This document shows, piece by piece, positions 17,383 to 24,871 of a stretch of 26,946 nt of DNA. The notes under the pieces are model-generated. The model had not been told where the DNA came from, ran no database searches, and saw nothing but the letters and a program-made list of their open reading frames with translations. A program made the position numbers and the translations under genes. Position 1 is the first letter of the stretch. Every line of letters begins with the position of its first letter. The stretch comes from a virus (Duplodnaviria > Caudoviricetes), in IMG/VR virus record IMGVR_UViG_3300032093_000702, positions 1 through 26,946 of that record; one strand, given 5' to 3'.

Positions 17383-17549
17383 CGTGTTGAGTTTACGGAT
17401 AACTGATTCGCGTGAGACCGAATCAGAGATCCATCGAATCAGACTTTGTCACTGGGCCGTCTCGGTCCTTCCGTCACGCATTGATTGCGGTCGGAGATGT
17501 GGCGCAGATGGAATCTGCCTTTCGCATGGAAGGCGATTAACGGTGTTGC
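17383..17549 (+). promoter_or_regulatory. Structured 5' leader of the early operon (putative antisense target)
   Basis: CTGATTCG 17403-17410 can pair with CGAATCAG at 17419 or 17435; CCTTCCGT 17467 / ATGGAAGG 17526 stem. Confidence 0.55.
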
Positions 17550-18029
17550 ATGGCTACATGCACTGTGCAGGAGTATTTCGATACTCTGATGCGAATGCCT
17601 GATCATCAGTTCGTTGCCGGATTCTTGGCTACTAAGAACTTTGAGCCGTTTTCGCTCGATCAGCTCAGCGCCATACTAAAACGGTATGCGTCACTGACAA
17701 TGAGGCCAGGAAAAAAACGGCAGCCAAAACCACAAGAAAGCCTGTACGTAGTCTATTGGATTACCAGCAAAAGCGATCTCAGCATTCCTCTGTACGTTGG
17801 AATGACAAACAAGCCAGCGCAACGATGGAATCAGCACAGAAACGGTTCGCTGCAGTTAGTGCGAATTAAAGACAAGTCTCAGATAACAATGACTGTTGTC
17901 GAGACCATCGTCGGGACGCAGGCACAGGCACTTGCTGCGGAATCAAAGCACATCCTCGCAGCGTTTGCGATAAATCCAAATTTGTACAACCGCACAAACC
18001 CACTGAAGGGTACTGGCGGTGACAAATGA
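17550..18029 (+). CDS. GIY-YIG family nuclease-domain protein
   Basis: 'VVYWI...LYVGMT...QRWNQH...AAE..HI...NPNLYN'. Confidence 0.8.
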   Translation: MATCTVQEYFDTLMRMPDHQFVAGFLATKNFEPFSLDQLSAILKRYASLTMRPGKKRQPKPQESLYVVYWITSKSDLSIPLYVGMTNKPAQRWNQHRNGSLQLVRIKDKSQITMTVVETIVGTQAQALAAESKHILAAFAINPNLYNRTNPLKGTGGDK

Positions 18030-18655
18030 ATATGACGACGTTTGAAGACCTATCTGTCGAAGCGTTGGCAATCGTCGCTAATGACGCAGCAGAGCAGGTT
18101 GAAACAAATGCACGGCTAACAGTCGAGAACGCGGAGCGATGCGGTAGGGCAATGCTGGCCGCAAAAGAAAAGCTTCCGCATGGTGAGTTTTTGCCGTGGG
18201 TGGCTAGGGAATTCAACTACAGCCAGCAAACAGCAAGCCGCTACATGACGATTGCGGCAAATTACTCACGGGTTGGTGGTTTGACAGAAGCCACAAGCAT
18301 CAATGAGGCCTTGCGTCTGATTTCGGAAGATCCCGGAACGCCGAAACGCGCAAAACGTGGCTCTGTGACTGTGGTAGAGCCAACGTCAGATCCCGCAGAA
18401 TCAAAAGACGTTATCAATGTCGACTCGAAGCCAGTTGATTCGAAACCACCAAAGCAGTCCAGCAATCCACGCAGCGATGCGGCTCCGCGAAACAGCAAGC
18501 CAGCCGCGCCGGAATTTGATCTCGGCAGCAGCCTGGACGAAGACCGCAGTGCAATCCTCGACATGGCTGGCGATTACTCAGCGGCAAAGCAGTTAAGGCA
18601 TTTTATTGTGATGCTGCGGAAGGTTGCCACTGATCTGGAGGTGACAACACCATGA
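18026..18655 (+). CDS. DUF3102-domain protein
   Basis: 'GRAMLAAKEKLPHGEFLPWV...S..TASRYM.IA'. Confidence 0.85.
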   Translation: MNMTTFEDLSVEALAIVANDAAEQVETNARLTVENAERCGRAMLAAKEKLPHGEFLPWVAREFNYSQQTASRYMTIAANYSRVGGLTEATSINEALRLISEDPGTPKRAKRGSVTVVEPTSDPAESKDVINVDSKPVDSKPPKQSSNPRSDAAPRNSKPAAPEFDLGSSLDEDRSAILDMAGDYSAAKQLRHFIVMLRKVATDLEVTTP

Positions 18656-18984
18656 ACCAACAATGCTTCGCCTTCGACGCGCCCGCAAAGATCAGCCGCA
18701 AATCCGACCCGATCACCAGCCAGAAGTCAGCGGCGGAAACAGAGCCAAAGCTCAGCACATGCGTCGGCAGAATGCTGACGGTCCTGCGAGAGTCGCAGTC
18801 GGCACTGACTGGCCGCGAAGCTGGTCGCAAATGTGCTTTGCGATGGCCAGACCATGAGGCTGACACGTACCGAAAACGAATCAGCAAGATGGTTGATGAT
18901 GGATTGGCGGTTGAGGCTGGCGAAAAGGTTTGCGACGTAAGCGGAAAGATGGTCACGACGTACAAAGCAAAGGAGCAGCAATGA
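18652..18984 (+). CDS. Winged-helix phage protein
   Basis: 'SRKSDPITSQKSA' N-motif common in phage wHTH proteins; 'RKRISKMVDDGL'; ATGA overlaps. Confidence 0.65.
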   Translation: MNQQCFAFDAPAKISRKSDPITSQKSAAETEPKLSTCVGRMLTVLRESQSALTGREAGRKCALRWPDHEADTYRKRISKMVDDGLAVEAGEKVCDVSGKMVTTYKAKEQQ

Positions 18985-19232
18985 GCAGGCAAGTAGAAAA
19001 CCTGATTGGCCGCACGTTCGGAAGTCTGACCGTTATCGCAGGCCCTTTCAAGTCACCACGCAACGCACAGCGAACACGTTTCGAAGCTGCATGGAAGTGC
19101 CAGTGTGTTTGCGGGAATTACTGGTTCGCATCAAGCGGACATCTGCGACAGGGAAACGTCACGTCGTGCGGCTGTGTTCGCGCAAAGCTTGCACTGACCA
19201 AACGAAAAAGGAGCCTCGAACATGCTCGCTGA
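18981..19232 (+). CDS. Standalone 'L.G..FG.LTV...W.C.C.CG...SCGC' domain (usually attached to HNH/AP2 endonucleases)
   Basis: Motif visible; AGGAG RBS; ATGA overlap; no nuclease domain follows. Confidence 0.75.
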   Translation: MSRQVENLIGRTFGSLTVIAGPFKSPRNAQRTRFEAAWKCQCVCGNYWFASSGHLRQGNVTSCGCVRAKLALTKRKRSLEHAR

Positions 19233-19374
19233 GATCGCAACAAAGTGCTTCGTGTTTCTGATTCTCGTGATGCTTGGATGCTTTGCGGCTGGATCGTCTG
19301 AGATCGCATGTGAGCGGACAGAACGCAAGCGAATCGAACGGCAGATCCGTGCGAAGTATGGCCGGACGTATTGA
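19222..19374 (+). CDS. 50-aa membrane-anchored protein (below ORF-track cutoff)
   Basis: AGGAG at 19209-19213; MLAEIATKCFVFLILVMLGCFAAGSSEIACERTERKRIERQIRAKYGRTY. Confidence 0.55.
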   Translation: MLAEIATKCFVFLILVMLGCFAAGSSEIACERTERKRIERQIRAKYGRTY

Positions 19375-19491
19375 AGAAAAGTGCTGCGGAAACGTCGGAA
19401 TGCAGCCTTGACCAAAAGTCAACGACGTGACAGCTCGGAGAGACGGCGATTTAAATCACTAACCGGCGAGCGCAAGGGTGCACCGGATTTC

Positions 19492-19559
19492 GGCCGGTTC
19501 GTCTAGTGGTTAGGGCGGCGGGTTTCTCGCAAACGTTGGTTCGAATCCAACACTGGCCA
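19492..19559 (+). ncRNA. tRNA-like RNA with truncated anticodon arm
   Basis: Acceptor GGCCGGT/ACTGGCC + A, D arm GTCTAGTGGTTAGGGC, T arm GTTGG-TTCGAAT-CCAAC; anticodon arm 13 nt instead of 17. Confidence 0.75.
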
Positions 19560-19630
19560 ATCGGAAGCGGTTACAAGCGGTCGACCGTGAAACGTCGCTA
19601 AGTCGAAGGAATCGAACCGCGTTTTGTACT

Positions 19631-19689
19631 CCTGCGAACAGTCGCCAAGGGTCGGCGTTTTTAGCAGTCACGCCGAGACTGTTCGCAGG
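19631..19689 (+). ncRNA. Bulged hairpin A
   Basis: 13-bp perfect outer stem, 8-nt one-sided bulge, 7-bp inner stem, 11-nt loop. Confidence 0.55.
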
Positions 19690-19697
19690 TTTGTTCT

Positions 19698-19761
19698 CCC
19701 GTGAGCGGTCCAGGTAGCACTGATGGCGTGCACAGACGCCATGTACCGCTCACGGGTTTTT
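19698..19761 (+). terminator. Bulged hairpin B with U-tract, upstream of csrA
   Basis: 12-bp perfect outer stem, 13-nt/2-nt internal loop, 7-bp inner stem, T5. Confidence 0.65.
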
Positions 19762-19784
19762 GTTCTGAATGAAAGGATTTCAGC

Positions 19785-20048
19785 ATGTTGGTACTCGGAA
19801 GGAATTATGGACAGGAAATCATCATGACTGTGGGCGATGAGACAATCATCGTCAAAACGATCGAGATGACTGGTCGACAGGTAAAGCTCGGAATCACAGC
19901 GTCTCAAAACGTCAGAATCGATCGCAAAGAGATTCATGATGCGATCATGGAGACAGGATTCAATCCGGAAGCGAATACGGTGAAGCCCACGGTTATTCGA
20001 ATTGGCGAGCGACTCCCCGGCGAGCTGATGAGGAGAAAGCCGCAATGA
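19785..20048 (+). CDS. csrA: Carbon storage regulator CsrA/RsmA homologue
   Basis: 'MLVLGR..GQEI...GD...V......QVKLGITA..NV.I.R.EI'. Confidence 0.9.
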   Translation: MLVLGRNYGQEIIMTVGDETIIVKTIEMTGRQVKLGITASQNVRIDRKEIHDAIMETGFNPEANTVKPTVIRIGERLPGELMRRKPQ

Positions 20049-20293
20049 CACGACGCAAGGCGGGCAAGAAATCAAAACGGATGCACATGCCGACAGGTCA
20101 CAAGCCAGTGACACGAGATCCAACGCCAGAGGAAATATGGGGCACGGAAACCACGATGGGGCTTGCTGAGCAAATCAGGCTGGAGCGTCCAGACCATCCA
20201 GAAAACAAGGGCATGTATCGGGCTCCGATGATACGGGAATGCAGCACGAAAATGCTTCCTGGCGGCAAAGGCGTATTGAGGGGGCAGGGATGA
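20045..20293 (+). CDS. Hypothetical protein
   Basis: ATGA overlaps at both ends; contains 'DPTPEEI'. Confidence 0.6.
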   Translation: MTRRKAGKKSKRMHMPTGHKPVTRDPTPEEIWGTETTMGLAEQIRLERPDHPENKGMYRAPMIRECSTKMLPGGKGVLRGQG

Positions 20294-20811
20294 AACTGAC
20301 AGCAGCAGAAAAGCGGAAAAACAAGGTCGAGAAGATGGCGACTCGTCTCGCCGCGATGGCTCCACAGAACCGCATTAACGACGTTGCCAAAGTGTTTCAA
20401 AAAATCGTTCGCATCAGGGCGGCAGACAAGACTGGTCACGTGCGCTGCGTGACATGTGGGAAAGAGCGATTATGGAATGATCCAGACATGAACGCTGGCC
20501 ACTACATCAGCAAAACGCGACACGCCACAGCGTTTCATTTCACGAATTGTCATCCTCAGTGTGCAGCCTGTAATGACCGCAAACGACGTGGAAATAAGTC
20601 AGCGGAATACGAGCGATACATGCTTGAACGATTCGGTGAAGAGGTTGTAGCGGATTTGAAACGATGTGCAGCGGAAACGGTGAAATGGACATGCGAGGAA
20701 CTTGCGGAGAAGAAGATTCAGCTTGGAGAGATGCTGAAGAAAACGATGTCAGACCGGCCAATGCTTACGACCGCAAAACCGGCGACGGAAACTGGCTCGA
20801 AGCGTCGCTGA
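20290..20811 (+). CDS. ninG: NinG/Rap-family recombination endonuclease
   Basis: 'FQKIVRIR...CVTCG...AGHYIS...NCHPQCAACN'; ATGA overlap at 20290. Confidence 0.85.
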   Translation: MKLTAAEKRKNKVEKMATRLAAMAPQNRINDVAKVFQKIVRIRAADKTGHVRCVTCGKERLWNDPDMNAGHYISKTRHATAFHFTNCHPQCAACNDRKRRGNKSAEYERYMLERFGEEVVADLKRCAAETVKWTCEELAEKKIQLGEMLKKTMSDRPMLTTAKPATETGSKRR

Positions 20812-20965
20812 AAATGCTTCAGCAAGCGATCAAAGGAACTGAGGCTGTTTCGACTCCCGAGCCTCACAAATCTATGCGTTAAGAGTCGGGCGAACTGGCG
20901 AGCTGTTTGGCAAACGGCAACCAGTAATTCCGTGCGAACCGGGTTGAAACATAATAGGAGGAAAC

Positions 20966-21889
20966 ATGGTTAGTGTTTGGGATGATGAAGTTGAAATTGA
21001 AAAGCCGGGGTTGTTTGGTAAGCCTCCGGGAATTTATGAGAACATAGCGTTCGATGATTATGGGATGATTCCTGCAATAAATCACACGCGATTGGTCCGC
21101 ATCGATAAGAGCCCGATGAACTATAGAATTGCGCCAGACCGAGAACCATCGCAGGCTTTTGCTTTAGGTTCATTAGTGCACTGCGGCAAGCTGGAGCCTG
21201 ATTCGCTTTCCGAGCGGTACGTCATGCAGCCGGATTTTGCAAACAGTCCGGACAACAAAGATCAGAAGGGAACGCGATCCACGTCAGGTGCAACTTCATG
21301 GTGCAAACAGCAGGTTGCGGCGTTTGGTGTTCAGGCTGCTGAGTCAGGCCGCCAGGTGATCACTGAAGCACAATGGCGACAGTTTGACGGTGCAATGGCG
21401 GCTATGAAGACCTGCCCTCAGTTTGTTCGCGACGTAAACAACAGCGAAACAGAATTGACGATCGTTTGGAATGACAGACGGACCGGGTTGCTTTGCAAGG
21501 CTCGTATTGATGCGGCCATGCGGGGCAAAAAGCTGATTGACCTGAAGACCTGCGACGACTCGCAATCGAGCGGACCATTGGCGACGGAGTTTGAATGGCG
21601 TTTGGCCAAATACCACTACGACAGCCAGGCAGCATGGTATTCCGAGGGCTGGTACACGCTGACCGGAGAAAAATTGCCGTTTTGGTTTGCGGTCGCAACT
21701 GTCAACAAGCCGCATCAGTGCATCTATGCACCAGTCGGGGAAATGTCCGTTGAGGTCGGCCGCAACAAAAACATCCTGCGAATGGCCACAGTCCTGCGAT
21801 GCAAGCAGGAGGATAATTGGCCGGGCTATGAGTCTCCCGAGTTGTTTGAACTTCCTGAAAAGTATCTACCAGAAGAGGTGAGTCTGTGA
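20966..21889 (+). CDS. RecE-like / DUF3799 PD-(D/E)XK exonuclease
   Basis: AAGGAGG RBS; 'LGSLVH...LEP', 'CKARID...IDLKT', 'Y..QAAWY', 'WPGY'. Confidence 0.9.
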   Translation: MVSVWDDEVEIEKPGLFGKPPGIYENIAFDDYGMIPAINHTRLVRIDKSPMNYRIAPDREPSQAFALGSLVHCGKLEPDSLSERYVMQPDFANSPDNKDQKGTRSTSGATSWCKQQVAAFGVQAAESGRQVITEAQWRQFDGAMAAMKTCPQFVRDVNNSETELTIVWNDRRTGLLCKARIDAAMRGKKLIDLKTCDDSQSSGPLATEFEWRLAKYHYDSQAAWYSEGWYTLTGEKLPFWFAVATVNKPHQCIYAPVGEMSVEVGRNKNILRMATVLRCKQEDNWPGYESPELFELPEKYLPEEVSL

Positions 21890-22509
21890 GTGCTGTTGAA
21901 GAGAATTGGGTTGCAAAAACCATCGTGCCTAAAAGTGATCAGTTAAACGCTGAAGACCTGCTGACTGGTCCGATCACGGTCAAGATTACCGACGTTAAAC
22001 AGGGGGCTGCAGATCAGCCGGTTGTGGTCTGCATTGATGGCGGCCGTCAGCCATACAAGCCATGCAAGACGATGCGAAAAGTGCTCGTAGGTTTGTGGTC
22101 AGATCGTGCGTCGACATGGATCGGCAAGCGGATGACGCTGTACGCAGATCCGAACGTGAAATGGGGCGGCGTTGCTGTCGGTGGCATTCGCATCAGTCAC
22201 ATGAGCGACATCAAAGAAAAGACCGTGATGATGCTCACGGAAACGCGAGGAAAGCGGGCTCCCGTGACAATCCTTCCGATTGCCTCGGAAACAGTCCTGG
22301 ACGTTTACAGGCCACATCTGAAAGGCCAGTCAAAGCCAGTCCTTGCAATCAGCAAGAAGATTGCTGAAGCATTTAACGCAAAGGATGCGACCGCGTTTGA
22401 TTCAATCGAGGCTGAAATCAGCCAGATCGAAGACCAAGCAGGAAATGATTTGCTGAAAAGATTTCTTGCCGATGTGTTGAAGGCTTTGACGGAAGGCGGT
22501 GCGGCATGA
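21886..22509 (+). CDS. Conserved phage protein partnered with the exonuclease (candidate ssDNA-binding or annealing protein)
   Basis: 'PKSDQLNAEDL', 'PYKPCKTMR', 'WIGK..TLY.DP.V..GG..VGGIRISH.S'; function inferred from position. Confidence 0.65.
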   Translation: MSAVEENWVAKTIVPKSDQLNAEDLLTGPITVKITDVKQGAADQPVVVCIDGGRQPYKPCKTMRKVLVGLWSDRASTWIGKRMTLYADPNVKWGGVAVGGIRISHMSDIKEKTVMMLTETRGKRAPVTILPIASETVLDVYRPHLKGQSKPVLAISKKIAEAFNAKDATAFDSIEAEISQIEDQAGNDLLKRFLADVLKALTEGGAA

Positions 22510-22844
22510 TCGAGCAATACAGGCTGCTTGAGGTTGGCGAAGCAATTCAAATTGGCGACGAATTTCAGCCGATGTTTACTGAGTCGTGGTATCGCATTTC
22601 GGAGCAGCGACGCGCGATGGTGATGAGCGGATCACATGTTCCGCATCGTCGAAAACTGCCATCACCAACAGGCATTGAAGCGATTGTCTGTGCGGACATT
22701 GCAGAGCGTCAGAGGCTCGGCGTGGCAAAGTACGGCACAACGGTCAAAGACAACCCACTGACGCTCAAGCAGTGGCTACAGCACGCTTACGAAGAATGTT
22801 TGGATCAGGCTGTTTATCTCAGGAGGGCGATTGATGAAACGTAA
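22506..22844 (+). CDS. Hypothetical protein with possible all-alpha NTP-pyrophosphatase-like C-domain
   Basis: 'R...G..KYGTT....L....WLQHAYEE.LD.AVYL'. Confidence 0.55.
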   Translation: MIEQYRLLEVGEAIQIGDEFQPMFTESWYRISEQRRAMVMSGSHVPHRRKLPSPTGIEAIVCADIAERQRLGVAKYGTTVKDNPLTLKQWLQHAYEECLDQAVYLRRAIDET

Positions 22845-23028
22845 GACACGGTTTCACGACGAATGGTTTTCGATCTACGGCTACGAGATGCCTCCGCACG
22901 TTGAGCGATTACCAATCGCGGACATTCAGCAGGCGATCGACTTTGGCCGGAATAAGCATCGGCCAGTGACGGAAACTAGTGGCAGTGACGATTCGTTGAT
23001 GGAATTTGATACGCACAAGCAGCACTGA
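22831..23028 (+). CDS. Hypothetical protein
   Basis: AGGAGG RBS at 22821; overlaps upstream gene. Confidence 0.55.
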   Translation: MMKRKTRFHDEWFSIYGYEMPPHVERLPIADIQQAIDFGRNKHRPVTETSGSDDSLMEFDTHKQH

Positions 23029-23029
23029 C

Positions 23030-23311
23030 ATGACGCATCGACAAAGACTGCAATGGCTGGCCGAACGTGGATTTGTTGCGGAGGACCGTGGCATTGTGCA
23101 CGCAACACTCGGAACGTGCACACGGATTGACGGGACGCGGCTTGGAATTGAAGAAACGTTCTGGCTTGCTGCGCGTGACGGGCAGTCTTTGTTGTGGACA
23201 AGCAGCGATCCGCCGATCAGTTGGGAGGAGCTGCAGGCGTGGATAACGGAAAAGCCAGAGGTGAAGAAACCTTTGGCGGCGCAAAGAAATCTTTTCGGGG
23301 ATGATGAATAA
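23030..23311 (+). CDS. Hypothetical protein
   Basis: ATG one base after the previous stop; ends 'QRNLF', resembling a sliding-clamp-binding motif. Confidence 0.55.
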   Translation: MTHRQRLQWLAERGFVAEDRGIVHATLGTCTRIDGTRLGIEETFWLAARDGQSLLWTSSDPPISWEELQAWITEKPEVKKPLAAQRNLFGDDE

Positions 23312-23405
23312 AGCCAATGTAATTCTGAGAATGGCGTCAGGCATTTACAGAAGGTGGCATTAGAAAGCGTTTGGCTATTTAGATTTTCCGCAGGTTAAAG
23401 ATAAT

Positions 23406-23518
23406 ACGGGCGTGAAGTTGAGTAGAGCCGACTTCGCGATTAACTTGATTGCATCGGGTTCGCCCGATTTAACGCCCGTTGTCAGGAGGTGCTCTACCCT
23501 TTTGGCAGCGGGTTTTTT
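23406..23518 (+). ncRNA. C4-like cloverleaf RNA overlapping an intrinsic terminator
   Basis: Four-way junction 23406-23479 including a UUCG hairpin; 15-bp terminator stem (with G-U pairs) 23475-23512 + T6; loop-loop complement GTAGAGC/GCTCTAC. Confidence 0.7.
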
Positions 23519-23532
23519 ATTGGAGTCGCTGG

Positions 23533-24105
23533 ATGGAATCTGTTGGCGAGATACTGAAAGAGTATTGCGAGCCTGAACTTGCCACGGAAGGCGATTACAA
23601 GACGGAAGATGAAGCTAAGGCTGATTTCGAGTTAGCCGTAAGAAGCACGCAATGCTTCAATGTCTATAAGGAAATCGACTGCTGGTACTTTGGCGGCTCT
23701 GTATTTGGAGACAAGCCAACAGGGCGGATTGACTTTGTTTTAACCCCACGCCCACAACTAATTGGCAATGGGTGGGTTAATGGATGTGTTGGCGTTGAGG
23801 TCAAGAAAAGCGGTCACAAAGTCGGGCCGATGATTTGCCAAATGATCGACTATTCAAAGGCCGTTTTTCGGCTTCCGGAGTCGTCCGGATGCTCTCTTGT
23901 TTGCATGTCTGCAATCGTGGCCTTCCCGTCGTTCAAAGCCAAGGGGGCCATTCAAAGCATCATGGCAAACAATAGGATCGGAGTGGCCTCATTTAGTCCG
24001 CGATCGTTTCAATTCACGATGGGCGGGGCAAACATTTTTTGGCATGGTTCAAATGAAACAAAAGTGAAGCCGTTCGCGTGCGGCTACAAGAACGGGAGCA
24101 GGTGA
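23533..24105 (+). CDS. PD-(D/E)XK restriction-endonuclease-like protein
   Basis: GGAG at 23522; 'E..C...GRIDFV...GVEVK...Q..DY'. Confidence 0.7.
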   Translation: MESVGEILKEYCEPELATEGDYKTEDEAKADFELAVRSTQCFNVYKEIDCWYFGGSVFGDKPTGRIDFVLTPRPQLIGNGWVNGCVGVEVKKSGHKVGPMICQMIDYSKAVFRLPESSGCSLVCMSAIVAFPSFKAKGAIQSIMANNRIGVASFSPRSFQFTMGGANIFWHGSNETKVKPFACGYKNGSR

Positions 24106-24106
24106 G

Positions 24107-24871
24107 ATGGTGGAAAAGTCACCAGCGTTTCAGTTTTACCCTCAAGACTATCTGGCTGACCCTAATGTCGCTGAAATGACGTTAGAAGAACAGGGTGCCT
24201 ACATTCGGCTGATTTGTTACGCATGGATAGCTGGAAGCATACCGGCAGATCCAGAGCGATGCGCACGACTAGTTGGCAACGGATGTTCAATTTCCGTTGC
24301 AACGAACGTTCAACGAGCGTTCAACGAACCGTCAACGGACCCTCAACGACTACTGCATAAACGCGTCGAAAAAGAACGTCAAAAACAGGCGATTCGACGT
24401 GAACAAACATCGTCAGCAGGGCGTCAATCTGCCGCGAAGAGAAACGCAAGTCGTGAGCTATCAACAGGTTCGAACAAGCGTTCAACGAACGTTCAACGAA
24501 AAGTCAACCCTTCATCTTCATCTTCTGATGAAGATGTATGTGTGTCGAATAGCGAATCGCATGTTGTCCAGTTCGAGGGCTTCTGGTCTATCTGTCCTCG
24601 GAAGACTGCGAAGGGCAGCGCGCGGAAGGCCTGGTTGAAAGCAATCAAACTCGCGCCGCCAAGAACAATCATTCAGGCGATGGAAAGCTACGCAAAGTCG
24701 ATGGGCGGGAAAGATCCGCAGTACATCGCACATCCGGCAACTTGGCTGAACGCTGAACGCTGGTTGGATGTTCCTGAATGCCAGTCTTCAAAAGTCGACA
24801 TTTACGACCTGTCGTCACCAGAAGCCAAAGCAAGACTGGAAAAAATGTTTTTGGACGGGCTTAACTCATGA
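24107..24871 (+). CDS. DUF1376/YdaU-family replication initiator
   Basis: 'PAFQFYPQDYLAD..V..MT.EEQGAYI.L...AW'; C-terminal 'FEGFW..CPRK..K..A.KAW', 'HPATWLN.ERW.D'; internal iterons. Confidence 0.85.
   Translation: MVEKSPAFQFYPQDYLADPNVAEMTLEEQGAYIRLICYAWIAGSIPADPERCARLVGNGCSISVATNVQRAFNEPSTDPQRLLHKRVEKERQKQAIRREQTSSAGRQSAAKRNASRELSTGSNKRSTNVQRKVNPSSSSSDEDVCVSNSESHVVQFEGFWSICPRKTAKGSARKAWLKAIKLAPPRTIIQAMESYAKSMGGKDPQYIAHPATWLNAERWLDVPECQSSKVDIYDLSSPEAKARLEKMFLDGLNS
24277..24515. repeat. 11-bp iterons (consensus CAACGAACGTT), probable origin
   Basis: About seven phased copies at 24277-24354 and about four at 24472-24515. Confidence 0.8.

Noticed and set aside
17384-17602. 72-aa ORF starting at the predicted early TSS
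   Set aside because: No recognisable protein features; the region is better explained as structured leader. A leaderless peptide cannot be fully excluded.
19375-19784. CsrB/RsmZ-like sponge RNA next to csrA
   Set aside because: About seven GGA in ~410 nt is near random expectation, and they are not in the loops of the strong hairpins.
20664-20882. ORF overlapping the end of ninG
   Set aside because: No convincing start or RBS; mostly overlaps ninG. The 3' part looks protein-like, so an indel near 20745 is not excluded.
23422-23497. Third copy of the TGTAGAG/CTCTACA operator
   Set aside because: GTAGAG and CTCTAC are over 60 bp apart rather than 3 and sit in RNA loops; the shared hexamer is noted but may be coincidence.
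24277-24515. CRISPR array
   Set aside because: Units are 11 bp, tandem, without spacers, and inside a replication gene.
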